From positions 11,098,001 through 11,162,000 of the forward strand of contig OZ004612.1 in the NCBI GenBank assembly GCA_963924565.1: DNA of 64,000 bases, given 5' to 3'. The position numbers and the translations under genes were made by a program. The notes under the pieces were generated by a model. The model was not told the DNA's origin and did no database searches. It saw only the letters and a list, made by a program, of their open reading frames with translations. Below, piece by piece: positions 1-13,300 of the stretch; positions within the stretch are counted from its first letter, which is position 1; each line of letters starts with the position of its first letter. The DNA is from Ascidiella aspersa. Its lineage: Eukaryota.

Positions 1-2608
1 TTCCATATAGGACGCACTGCGGCTTCTTTTAAACCGGTCTAACACATACCAAAAATTAAGCGTTCTTGCCACCCCCTGGTTCCGAATTTGGTGAGCGATA
101 GAAAACTGGTTTAGTTAATGGTATAACAGGAAATTGTAATCATAACCTAACAGTCGCAGTATGCTTTCTGTTCGTTGATCGCATATATTTATTTGAACCC
201 TCAACGGTCCGCATTACATTACAATAATTCAACAGTGCTTCGCGAGCCACGAAAAATGATGTCACGGGCCACATGTGGCCCGCGGGCCTGGGTTTGGACC
301 ACCCTGCTCTAACAAGTGCAGTGGTTCCCAACCTTTTTGTTATCACGGACCCTTTTAGACAAATTCTGCAGATCCCTAACTAAATTTTGCCTGAAACTCA
401 ATTAACATACTATTGATTATTTTAATAATTATGCTACTGACAGTTTTTTCTCGCGGGCTTGAGCTTGACATATGTGCATTTAAATAGAGAAATGAAAGTA
501 AAAAGATCGCTTTTCGTTTTTTCCCCAAAAATCATCAAGGTAATCACGGACCCCCAAATGCTTTTCTCACGGACGTGTATTTACTCTCACCCGACCGCGA
601 TTTTGCTAGCCTCCGCAAGGAGGCACACTTATCCAACGTTCGCAAGACTATGGCAGGCTGCCTTATCATTAATTGTAAATAACAGGTTTAAACGTTACAC
701 GCTTAGCTATAAGTTGCGCAGCAATAGTTGCGATGGTTTTTCAATGGAAAACGTCCTGTTGTGAATATTTAAACATGGTAGGTTTCCTCCATTTTTGAAT
801 GAGGATTAAATATCACGTTCTTTGTTACCCTTTTATTGTAGTTACAACGTTTGCATTTTTTATTGTTAAAGCATAACATGTGAGCGCGTACGTACTTGTG
901 TGTGGTGTGTTGGTAATGAATTTTCTTTTTATAAGTAATGCCCTTTTGGTGTATGTAGACTGTACGTTCGCTTGTTCTCGAGCGAACAGGTGTGGAAATT
1001 TGCAGCTAAAATCCAGTCTAATCGCGCGTAGCAAAAATGTGATTCCATAGTTAAGGGCAGGTTCCTGAACTGTGGGTCATAGCCCAGTGGGCAAACATTT
1101 GCACTTCGCGCGAATCTCGTTTTTACATCTAGCACGCGTTTAAAGGAAGCTCTTTAACTAAAGGCACCACGCTTTTATCAACAAAATAATTATCAACAAA
1201 TGAAGTTTGACAAATGGTAATCAATGTGCACCGACCATCGCTTGAGATGAACTCCAATCTACAAATGAACCGAAAGTAAAACAAAATATTTAGTTGTTGT
1301 TAGAATGAATGCATTAATGAGAAGTTATCCGACTCTATAGGTATACGCATAAATTGCAGACAGGCAATTTCGGTATATGTATATCTGCCAGGTTAATATG
1401 CCATATTTTGATGACAGTCTTTTGATGAAAGGGCATACAAAAGGTTTATGGTTTATGGTGCGCCACTAACTGATTTATAAAAATAATTTGGACTACGCAA
1501 TAAAAAAATGTCGAACACTGGTTTAGGGGAACCAAGACCTGGAGGCCCTGTGATGTAACAATAAACCAAAATAAAAACTCTAAGCCACGCCAACTTTAAA
1601 ATACAGTACGGTACAATGAATGTACACTTATACAGCTATCACGCGTCTCACAATTACTTAAGTGGCGAAACAAACTTCAAAAAATAGTTCAGGACCCACT
1701 AAATTAGCTGGGCCAAATTTGTACATTTTTGTCTGATGTGAATTATTAGAATTAGAATGAGCAATATTTTCTCAAATTCATTGTTTCTCAACCTTTTTCC
1801 GCGGAGACTCAAATATAGTAGCGCATAAGCTTAGCTGTGAATCTTTGACGAAACAATTCCACTCACATAACACTTTGTATGCTTGAATTTAACAAAACAC
1901 AAATAAAATAACATTAATAAATTCGAATAAATTATTATAAGCCTTTGTATTGCTTCTGCAAATTTCTCAAATTTTTGGAACTCTCGCTTATAATCAATCT
2001 AACCATATTAACCTATTGTATTTGGCTACCCAACCAAATAAAACAGCGACCCAATTGTGGGTGGCCACCCATGGTTTGAGAAACACTGCTCTAATTCAAT
2101 GAATAGACAATTTAAAAAGACAAAAAAAAACTGAAATCGAATAAATGTTGCACCGATTTTATTGTTTGTGTGTGCGTTATTGTTTCTCAGCTTTATCATT
2201 TGTACACGTGTTTTCATTTTCCTCTTTCTTTCTCACTCACGTAAATTATATCGCTTTTTCCACTTTTGCACCTCACCTAGTTTCACGCTTTATTTCTTAT
2301 CTTATCACGTTTTCCGTTGGCATCTGCTAATTAGTTACGTTTGACACACACACCTTTGTTTTTTCTCGTTGTTATATTTGGCGTACCCGAAATCCAAAAT
2401 GGGGCAGTCGTGTTTTGGGGCTAGCTTGAGACGTATCTTTGTTACGTTAGCCCTAAAAAAATTCATGCTATCCCCCAAGCCAAATCTTGGATCTGCACCT
2501 GGCCATAACAGAGCAGAGTGCTTTTTGGTTTCAGCAGATGATAACCCTGTTTATTTAACGAAGCGATGCATATAATATATCGACCAAAGGAAATAACAAG
2601 TTTGCTGT

Positions 2609-2614
2609 TTTATT
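2609..2614 (-). terminator. Candidate poly(A) signal of RASD
   Basis: AATAAA on the minus strand about 840 nt downstream of the stop. Confidence 0.35.
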
Positions 2615-3449
2615 CAATAGTCGAACACAGTTTGGCACATTGCACAGAGTCAACGCAGCCTTTACAAGCATTGCACCAAAATCAATCCAATGGGTAAATC
2701 ATGTTGTCGGCGAAACTTCAAAAAACTTAACTCGCTGCACTTCAAAAGACAGACTTTTTGAAACGCGACGAAGAACACTAAAAAATATACAGTGCGTGAA
2801 ACTAGCAAAAATTGATGGATAAGTGTTTGATCCTTGCAATGCCCAACCAACGGCATAATGGTACACTTTTCAATAAGGGCGCACAACGAAACGGGATTTT
2901 CCGAACTGTTTTCCAACGTCCGTTAAAGCGTCAAGCAATACGCGCCGTGAGAAAGCGACACGTTTCGGAATTGCAAAAAGACTTTTTAAAGATTTATCGA
3001 CCGCGACTCTTTCTACAAACATTGCCTCCGGTGGTTTCCGTTGTCGAACACTGCAAGACTACTTGGACAAGGCGAAAACAACTCTGTGTTGATCAATAGA
3101 AGCACTTATACAAGACATGTTTACTTTAGAAACCCTACGAAGCTTCGGCGTAAAGGAGAAAATTATACACTGCCATTCAAATATAAACAGAAATAGATAC
3201 ACACAAGAACAAAGGCAAAAAGTTTTCATAATTACGCAGCCGCTTATTCATCGACAAAAAATCGGACCAAAATGCACCCCAATTTTGATATTTACTATAT
3301 AATTCCACGCATAAACCTTTTATAGTGCAGCAGGTTTCTTGGGCGACACAATAACAGGTAAACGTGAAATCGTCAAGACTTTGAAACCCGGCGTAGCATA
3401 AGTTAGGGAAGACGGGTGGCGCGCTGCTGGCATTTGCAAGAGACGACGC

Positions 3450-4396
3450 TCAGTTGCTCTTAAGACGGATAATCTTCTTCCTGAGACGCTGCAGCGCCGA
3501 GTCGGTCGGTTTAGCGGCGGCGCGCTGCTTCTGCAACTGCTGCTCGTCAAGTCCCTTCTCATCGGCCATCATAATAACCTGCTGATTTGCGCGCTTGGAA
3601 TGGCCGTAGCACTTTGGCACGGCGCTGGCGATCCGGGCCTTGCTCAGAGCGATGTTGACCTCGGTCTGAGTGCTAGGGCGTCGCTGGTTGGGGCAGAGCG
3701 TCGCCACTGCGTCGCAGGACGCCCAGGCCTCCTTCTCCGGCGACGAGTTCGGTATGTCGGTCGCCGCCTCGGCCGGAAGAAACTCGTCGGATCCGCTGGA
3801 GAAGGTGGACACGGAGGAGCTGGATCCGGACGGCGAGTGGGGCTGCTGGTTGTTGTGGTGGTGGATACGCGAAGCCTTGAAGGAGCTCCAGACCTTGCGC
3901 GAGGCGCCGCGGTTGGAGCAGTCTTCGCTCTGGCTGCGATTGAACATGAGCGGGCTGTTGTGCTTGCGGTGCTGCGCCACCGACTCGGCGGTCTTCTCCA
4001 GGAAGGTGTGCGTCGACACTTTGCGGTGCATGTTCGGGCTCATCTCGAGCGGCAAGTGCGCGAGAACAAAGAGCCGCTCGAACAGAATCTGGACACTGGC
4101 AGGGTCGCGAGCCGATACGTCAACATGGGCGCACAGGTGCCGGCCAAACTGGGGGCCTTCTCTGAGCCAGTCAGCCGCCGCTGCGTCGGGAACCGTACGC
4201 TCCTTGGTCAGGTCGGCCTTGTTGCCTGCGATCACAATGGGCGCCCGTACCATGCTGGAGCGCTTCTTCACCTTGCCATTGCGCATCGCGTCGCTGTGTA
4301 GCGATTGCTTGGCTTCTTCCACCATGGTGACGAGCTCCTTCGCGTGTTCGAAGCTCGACTCCTCCGTCACCGAGTAGACGATCAGGAAGATGTCGC
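3450..4396 (-). CDS. RASD: RASD-like GTPase, last coding exon
   Basis: Acceptor ...tgcgcag|GC GAC ATC TTC; GC-rich coding composition; G4/G5 motifs; TGA at 3452-3450. Confidence 0.93.
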
Positions 4397-7300
4397 CTGC
4401 GCAGAAATTAGAAATCGTTTTTGTTATTTTTTGACGTATATGGTGCTAAAAAGGAAAACGAACTTTTATTAGTTTTTTTTAAATATCGAGGGTGTAGTCC
4501 CAATAATTTGTACAACTGTGGACAGTTAAATTATGGGCCACAGGTAATCTTCAAAACCGCAAGTGTCCCAAGCACCCGTGATCTTCCCGACTTGGCTACA
4601 CAGCTCCTGGGGATCTTTGGGTTGTATATCAACTTTGCACGCGAGTCGCAATGTTTACAAAGGGTAAAACTCGGAAGGTGGGGCTATGTTTCGTATGTGA
4701 GCCCAAACATGTCAGTTGTATATGTATTGCATTAAAAAATATTCCGCAAAGATTGTGACCAACAACAAACCAAAGAACGTGCGAACGATTTTCTACCGAC
4801 GAGCCATCTGTCAAACAGCTGGAGAAAAACAATTTTACCTATTACCTATAGATGAATGAGAGGCAAGCAGGGTTTGTTGTCAAGAAAGCACACAGAAAAT
4901 GTGAGCCATTATTGCTATCGACGTTTTTGTCATTATTGCTTTGCTAGTTTACTGTGCAAACACATTTCCCGACGCTTTCTCTTATTTAAAACTTTCAACG
5001 TCATGTGAACTGTGCAAAAAAACAGTTCACTAACATATGGTCGAGTTTTCCGTGTGGAATGTCTTTTAACTTTTAGTAAACAAAGGACCTTTCACCGAAA
5101 GTCAATAAACAACGATTGCAAAGCTTTCAACGTGTTTTTAACAAATGTTCACCCGGCGGCAGCGGCCGTGAATCGATTTCTTCGCTCAAAGCTGTCGGCT
5201 TTTGCCAAGTTATACGTCTAGACGTTGCTGGGTCGCCCCACGGCAGCGCTGGGTCAAGGGGGAGGGGCGGACGACTTTCTCCAAACAGCACCCGATGCGT
5301 AAACACACCCGTCGGTCGGTCGGTGCCACCGAAAGGTAAACAACAGTGCGCGCAATGGTGTCAACGAGAGGTAAATATATTGATGCGAAATCGAGTTAGG
5401 CACGCGCGGCGCGGGACTTGCCGGCCGAGCCGCTCGCAAAACCAATATTGGCGCGTCACCCTATAGTTTGCGCCCAGCACTTCGTCGTTGGTCCAGGCAG
5501 CGTTTCTCACAATCGACTGTATTTCGCCCTAGTCGTCGCGCCGAGTCAGCCACGCAAAAAACAAACCAACTCGGGTTCAGAATAGGACCGCCAAATTCGC
5601 TCGCCCTATTAGGCTGGGTGCGGATCCGCCAAAGGCCGTTAACCCTTGTTGCAGAAGTCCCGTCTGTTTGGATAGGACGAGCTCAGATCTGTACAGTTGC
5701 GCCGCCGCCAATCTCCTCAAGTCGGATTATACGGCCTCCGTGCGCACCGCTTTGGTTATTTTTCGCTCCCAATAACTTACCAGCCTCTTTTTTCTGTACT
5801 GATTTCGCAAAAATAAAGTTCGACTTTAGAGTCCGTACCTGTTTTCCCGAGTGAGTTGCGGGCGTACGTCATATCGGGCGAGAGTGACTCCCTGTGATTT
5901 TTCGAAAGGATTTTTGCACGAATGTGCGATGACGTGTTATTAATCTTGTCTAATGGATCTCAATACTCAGTCGTTTGTTCCCGGTGCTAAGTTCTGCGGC
6001 CTAACGGGGATCAATTGTCTTGTGACTAACACATATGGACGTAAGGATGGCGTGTGGCGGCAGACCACCGAATAAATGATTCATGCTTAATATGGGGGCT
6101 GTTTGGGTACAGCGCTATTTGTTTTTAAAGTTGTTTTTAAAATGGGTTGGGTGGGGCAGGTCTCTACTTGCTAAAAGTCAGACACCTTGTTTACAACAAT
6201 TCATTTTGTAAACTTAAATCAATAGAAATTTATAATATGTTACTTTCTGTACCTTGTGAGAGAGGATAAATCTTCTTAGCTCAAAATTAGTCTTATCTAA
6301 AGATCAAATCGCAAAATCAATCCACGTTAAACAAGTTTTAACAATGACGCCTCATATAAATCAGACGCGTTCTGAGAGGAAACTCGATTCCATGTCCCTT
6401 TTTACATAATAAAAATTTGGTTGCCATGGCAAAAGTAATAATTTAAAAATAAACTAAAATTATTTCACTCAAGTTTAGCATTTGCAATTTTCTCCATAGA
6501 ACGTTTGCTTAAGAGCCCACATGAAAACAAATTGCTTTAAAGGGCACGTTATTACAGACCTATACTATACGGGTAAAAAATACAATTCGTGTTATCTCTA
6601 ACCTAGAATAATTGTGTACGTGACCATTGGGAAGTTTCCGTGTGGTCAAGTTGGAAAACATTTGGATTCACTGCCTCACTAGACAGGGTAAGTGTAGCAC
6701 GCACGTCATGTAGACAAAAAACAATTCAACAACAACAGCAGTCTGTTGTCACTTGAATTCTGTTTACCTTGAATTTAGTTTACGCTTCCTTAAGCGGGCC
6801 TCGAGGGGCAACGTGGGGGAACAAAGATATTATTTTAGAAGGTTAAAAGGCGGGTGGGTGCCAAATACTATAATTAAGCAAACTTAAGGTATTTTGGCCT
6901 TGTCAGGTATAAAGTAAATAATTAGAAATCGAACGTGGAAAGAATATTTTTTTAATAAAATCATATGAAATGAAAGAATATATATAGCATCATAAGAGAA
7001 TATAACGTATACAAATTTAAAATCGATTTTTTTCTAGCATAAGCATGCTAAAATTTTAGGAAAGTTGTTTTTCTTCTTGAACCTAAAAGGTAAACATGCC
7101 TACACAGAGCGACATATTTATTACATTTTAGGCATTTTTAAAGGCTGACGCCTTTTCCTCCTTCATCCATCAAAAGCGAGAGAATTGTTTTTCACATATT
7201 GCGGTCGCGGTGTATGTGTTAATCTGCTTGCTTACCTAGAGATGAAATGCCTAATGCACGCGACCCCGACAGGATATGCACGCATTTATTTTCTGAACTA

Positions 7301-10300
7301 AACAGCAAAATGAACTCGATATGGGTTCGTCGCATCGTTTTGCTACGTCAACAGAAAGATCGCTTTTGCAAGCACATCACTCCCGTTTCAACACTGTGTG
7401 AATTGAAAATGTAGAAATATTGCCGATGCTAACAGCATGCATTCGGGCCGAGTTTCATATTTCCGAAAAACCTTGTGCACATGACAGTGTTTGGATCTAC
7501 CTTGGTCATACACCGCTGGAGCAGAAAACTCGGCGCAATGTTAATGCTCTTGGCAGGTTTCCAAACCTCTATTGCGGTGCATTTATTTTTAAAAGCGTGG
7601 CTAGCGGTGGTTAAAGTTTTAGTTAAGCCCCTCAGTTTGGCCTGCTTTCAATAACAGAGCTGTGGCAAAGCCACTAAAACCTTCGCAGATTTAGAGGAAG
7701 CTTAAAAAAATTCGCGCGGTCTACGGAAAAGCGGTTGGCTAAATATATCAAGTGTTCGAAATCGAAAAGCGCACAGATGAAAAGTACGGAAAGAAATCCG
7801 TAAACTTCACCTATAAACGGATACAGACAATCTATGTAGGGGACTAAAGGTAAGCGATGCACCACCACACAATTCCTCTCAGGTGCAAATAGTTCAGGCG
7901 CGAAAACCAAGAAAAACGTCCGTTTCGAAGCGACCGAATAATCGAACAAATGAGCGTCGGGCAATAGTTGAGGTCTGCGAATAATACCTGACGGAATCGA
8001 TAGCAAATATTTGAGTTTTAGACGAACGCGCGATGCCTGTTCCATTTACTGGGTCGCTGCAGGAACAGGCTGGTAAACGTCCCACGGTGTAGACGCGCGT
8101 TTTGGAAAACAGCCTTACCTATGATGGCAGCTAAGAGCGATCAGTATATATAGTTATTGCTGAATTGGCGGCCAAATGCAACTTTCGATTCAAAGGCTTT
8201 GCGACGTCTGGAACTTGTTGGCGATAATTTCGGCAAGGATTGTATTTTTTACAAAACCCAAGGATTGTCATTTTTACAAAACCTTAATTTGTTTTCTTTG
8301 TTTAGCTTACGACTTTTTTTAATTTTACATTAAGATGAATTGAAAAAGATCACACATTAAGTTTAAATCTGACAGCGGAAATGAAATGCTTCACGTCGCT
8401 GCTCTTTTGTTTCATTTCGTTATAGATTTGTCGCAGTATGAAAACTGCGCAACGCCCGGTTAGGAAACCCAACCCCCACACCCGGCAAACAGGGTCGATA
8501 GCCCTTCCCCCTTAATTGCCTTGAACCTCCCCTGGCCTGAGGGCAGCTGACGAAGGTGTGCACAGGATCGAAAAAGTGGCGGGGGGTGTTTACAGGCGCT
8601 GCACCAATCGATATTTTACAGGCGTACCAACACCGAAGACCACGACGCAAGCACCTTTAGAGCGACTGATAAAACTAAGGGCCACGTGAAAGGCGAAATG
8701 CGCAGGTCGGCGAAAAGTCGTCAGTCGCTATCAAGCGGTTTCGACCGGTGAGCACTCTTCGCTGCCGGAAACTCGAAATTGCAAACAAAACTGGGCGCTA
8801 TTGTGTTTCGCATCGGCCGTCTACGGCATTGATGAATGGCGACGCGCCGCTTGCGTTTTCGTGTTGGTCGCCAGCTCATTTGCTGCTTTGCAGCGCAATC
8901 ATTACTGTATAAACATCATTAAGAACAGCCAGGTTTCACCTGAAAAGGGTAAAGTGACTTTCAATCATTTTAGGCTGTTAAAATTATACCAGAATGCCGC
9001 ACAGCTTCGTTTACAAACGAAAAGCAATTTCATCGATTCACATCGAACCCCATTAAATTCACTCTTAAGCCTTCTAAACAACTTTTCTTGCAAACGCTTA
9101 TTACTGATGTTTTTTTTCGAAAACGCGAAAACTTTGTGCGCACCTGTGAAGCACATGTGAACCTATACTTTGCGCGCTCTGCCATATCGGATAGATCCAC
9201 AGTGATCAAATTATTCATTTAGATAAACCGCAATGAAGAATTGAAGCCATGAAGTTATTTCACCTGTCATAAGGGTGATCTTGTGGTTCAGGGGGTTAAT
9301 CGTTCCGGCCGTGTCGAGTATGTCCAACTGGTAGGTGTGTCCTCTTATCGTGTACATCTTGCGGTGAAAGTCTTCCACCGTGGGTAAGTACATGTCACTG
9401 AAAAATGAGAAACGGCAGTGCTTGTACCCTGGGCGTTTTTGAATTCAGTTTAAAGATCGAGAATTGATATTAAAACATAGTTTCGTTTACGGAATACTTT
9501 ATATGTAATTGTTGTTTGACGTTAAGTTCAGTAAAAAGTGGATTTAAAAAAATAGAACTGCTGGAAAACCATTATTAGGTATATGGGGGAAAGCATGAAT
9601 TCCTTTAAAGATCGGGTAACGAATGCTAAAGCGCAATTACTCGGAATTATTTTGGAATTATAGTTAGCCACCCATAAGAAGCTAAATTTATCCTAAAAAC
9701 TTTGCTTCCTTTCCTAACTTTGAACAGTCATAAGCGAGCATTTTGTATCGCACCGACTTGCCTTTTCTAATATGCGCGCATCATTATGATCACAATGTAG
9801 CAGCCTTTTTCTCACCTGAACGGTTTTCCGATAAACCTGGAGACGAGTTGAGTCTTGCCGACCCTAGACGCCCCTAGGACCACCATCCTCAGCTTGCGCT
9901 GTCCATCCACGGACAAGGGAAGCAGGTGAATCGCGTCTCTGCGATTGACAGCCCTAAAAGGACAAAGGAAAAGCTGAAATCAGGTGACAAAACTGTCGAA
10001 CCGAATAACAGCAATCGATTTCTGGACAACAAGGGCAGGGTTTAAGGCGTTATTTTGAATGACTCTTATGTTGCATTAAATGTCAGGTGACGTGATTGCT
10101 GCACAATTGTGAAGAAATGCAGATACGTCCGCTTTTGTGAAAATAAGGTGCCACTGATTGTGGTCGATATTGGAAGCGTAAATGTTTTGAACAATATAAA
10201 CAGGGAACACAGGGTGAAATTTTCTACCTTCAAAAATAAAGTTCTTATAAAATACATAGCAATTAAAGTTAAACGCAAATTTAGCTTAAAGTCCTTAATA

Positions 10301-13300
10301 CAATAACTTTGCAAATTTCAATCTTATTGGTCTTGTCAATTTAAACGCAGAAATGGCGTCATTTGGTATTAAATCTGGCGGCCGTATTTAAAAAAACGGT
10401 ATGAAATAGCGAACTTAGAGCCAACGATACAACATTTCGGATTGGAAATACTAGTGTCTATCAGCAATATTCTTGTTTTTTTAAGAGTTATGACGAGGGA
10501 TGAAATTCAAGGTAGACTGCACACCGCTAAATTGTACATATCGCAGTATAAGCGCAGTGCAGCAGAATTCAACCTTGCACTTTACTCCAAAACCCCTTTC
10601 TGCAGGCAGCGTTGCGTCATAAAGAGCAACTTTCCTGCTTTAAAAATCACGTCCTTTATCAAGGCGATGAGTGTGGCTTTACATGGTCGAATTTATTGTA
10701 AAATTCTAACTACAAACGTTGCACGTATGTTGCAAATGAAATAAATAGATGCGGCTTTTGGGCCACAGTAACAAAAATTTAGCGAATTAAAAAAATGGTC
10801 AACCACGTTTGAACGCTGCTCGTTTAGCACCAAAAGTGAGGAGCTGGGAGAAAGAAGCACACTTCAAAGCGCTTAACTCGTTTTCAGCGCGCCAGATCAC
10901 GTATTTTCACACGCTCGTGTATTTAGTACTGATCAAGTCAAGCGGCTCATAAACGGCCAACCCTTACGCCTATACCCCAGCAGTTAAAGCAGTGCTTCTC
11001 AACCGGAGTGCCGCGGCACCCTGAGGTTCCATTTCTAATGCTCAAGGTCGCCGAGAGATATTTGAGAATCTTTCAGAATTTTTTGCATAATTCTTACAAC
11101 TTTTTTTGTAAAGATGAGAGTGGAATAAATCCAATTATAACTTCCTACGTTGTGTAGAGTTGATGTGTGTTGTTTCAGTTCCGTTTATTGTGACATTCTA
11201 GTAAATTACCTTCGGAAAAATAAAAATCTTGTTAGGGGTGCCGCGATCTATTAATTATTTCTGAGGGGTGCCGCTAGCCATAAAGGGTTGAAAAACACTG
11301 ACTTAAAGCGTTCTGCTATTTAGCACAAATTCGAGCGACCCAATTCGTCGAAAAAAAAGTATTTCATAGAATTCGTTTAAAGTGGAAGCATCGGGTGTAA
11401 TATGCTTCATTGAAAGGAATAGGACGCACATCAGGCCGAGCGCTTGTTAATTTCCTGAAAAAACATTGTATTTGCTTGACAGCCATCTGTCGGCGAGGCG
11501 AATACCATGGCTTCTCGGAACTGTGACGATTCGTCCGTAAATGATGGTGGAGTGTGTACGCGGCGCGTGAAACAAGTGCCTCTTGACATTAGCCTATTCT
11601 CTCATGGATAAGCAATGTGGCGACCAACAAAAAAATGAACATTGGTCCATGCACCGATGCCATCCAATAATGGTGGACGATGTTATTTTTGAATGATGCT
11701 TTGAATGAAGGGGACTTTAAACGAAAAAGTATTGACGGACCTATATTCCCATTAATGTACAGTTCGGGTTGTCATTTATAAATTGTAACTATTGTTGTTT
11801 TGCGAAACAAAAACACAAAACCCTAATAGACATCGATTCACAGAATTTCCCGATACCCCACTCTTGGTAAACAAGCCAAAATTATTAAACGAGCAGGTGA
11901 AAAACATTAACCACTTGGCCCACTGTATTCGCTATATCGCTCAGTCTGACTGTGCATTCCATAATTTGTGGTCGTCAAAGATTTATGCCAAACATTTTTT
12001 GCCTGAAATTCTACGCCAAAATAGGACGATATATGCACCGAAAACGACGGATATATTGGTAAATTTACTAGGCCTGCGATATCCCACGCTAAATGACGTC
12101 ACTGACGTGATTTTAAGCAAGCATGCCACGCCAAAGATCTCTGACGGGAAGGCAGTGGAATGCAATCAGGGCGCTCAGCATTCCACTTCTGGTGATTTGT
12201 ACAGGTCAACGCTGCGATAGTTAGATGGACGTTATAGTTCTGCTTATCGGTTACAGCTTAGGTTCGCAACTTGAACGACAAAACGAACATTGACACTTTT
12301 GCTGCAAAACTAAAATTACTTAATACTATTATATACAGCCGGACTTCGCGGCGTGACTTGCGAACTAAGGATGCGCTATTTCCTCTACAATTTTGAAATT
12401 TTGACAATTTTTATGTGGAATATGTCGCTGAGAATTAATGAGAAATAACATCAAGTGCAATCCTGGTATTTTAGTAAGAGTGCCATTTCGTCTTGCAAGC
12501 ACGACAGAACTCCGTGTTCAACACAAAACCTCGTGCAGGGGTTGTCAGGGATTTGTACAAATCAGACATTACGTGGCGGTAATATCTGATTTCTACAAAA
12601 TTCCCGCAGCCATTACCATGTTATTGCAACTGGAAAATCGAAATAGGCGCGCCGGCGGCTTGCAAAACGGGCAACAACAACACAAAGCGCGCGACGCTCT
12701 CCTTGCGACGTCGACACAATTGAAACGCGCGCGTCTACCGCCAACCGCAGTCCCACAGTCGTGCGTCACAGACCATGCTGCAAGTGTATCTCGAGGTGAT
12801 TTTGGCAGCGGGTGCCAGAAAATTTTCCAGGGGGGGAATATGAATATATACACATAGTTCAACTTCAGTATCTATTATATTAATATGTATATACGATTTG
12901 ATACCAGTAGAAATTTATGTACAAATCAATATTATCCCATTAGTAGCTTCGTAAAACTGATAAACAATAAACAATAAAAATAATCGCATTTTGAAATTCC
13001 AAAGGTGGGCAAATTTATGTACAAATCAATATTATCCCATTAGTAGCTTCGTAAAACTGATAAACAATAAACAATAAAAATAATCGCATTTTGAAATTCC
13101 AAAGGTGGGCAAATTTATGTACAAATCAATATTATCCCATTAGTAACTTCGTGAAACTGATAAACAATAAACAATAATAATAATTTATAAACAATATAAA
13201 TAATTGCATTTTGAAATTCCAGAGGTGGGCAAATTTATGTACAAATCAATGTTATCCCATTAGTAACTTAGAAACACTGATAAACAACAAACAATAATAA

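Noticed and set aside
3177-3449. Open frame after the RASD TGA containing ETCCTIK, reminiscent of Rhes CTIQ
   Set aside because: The motif is not terminal (the frame continues for about 45 more codons) and the stop context TGA-GCG is not a known readthrough signal.
3600-4377. Two long plus-strand ORFs (233 and 235 aa)
   Set aside because: Antisense shadows of the GC-rich RASD last exon, with no motifs of their own.
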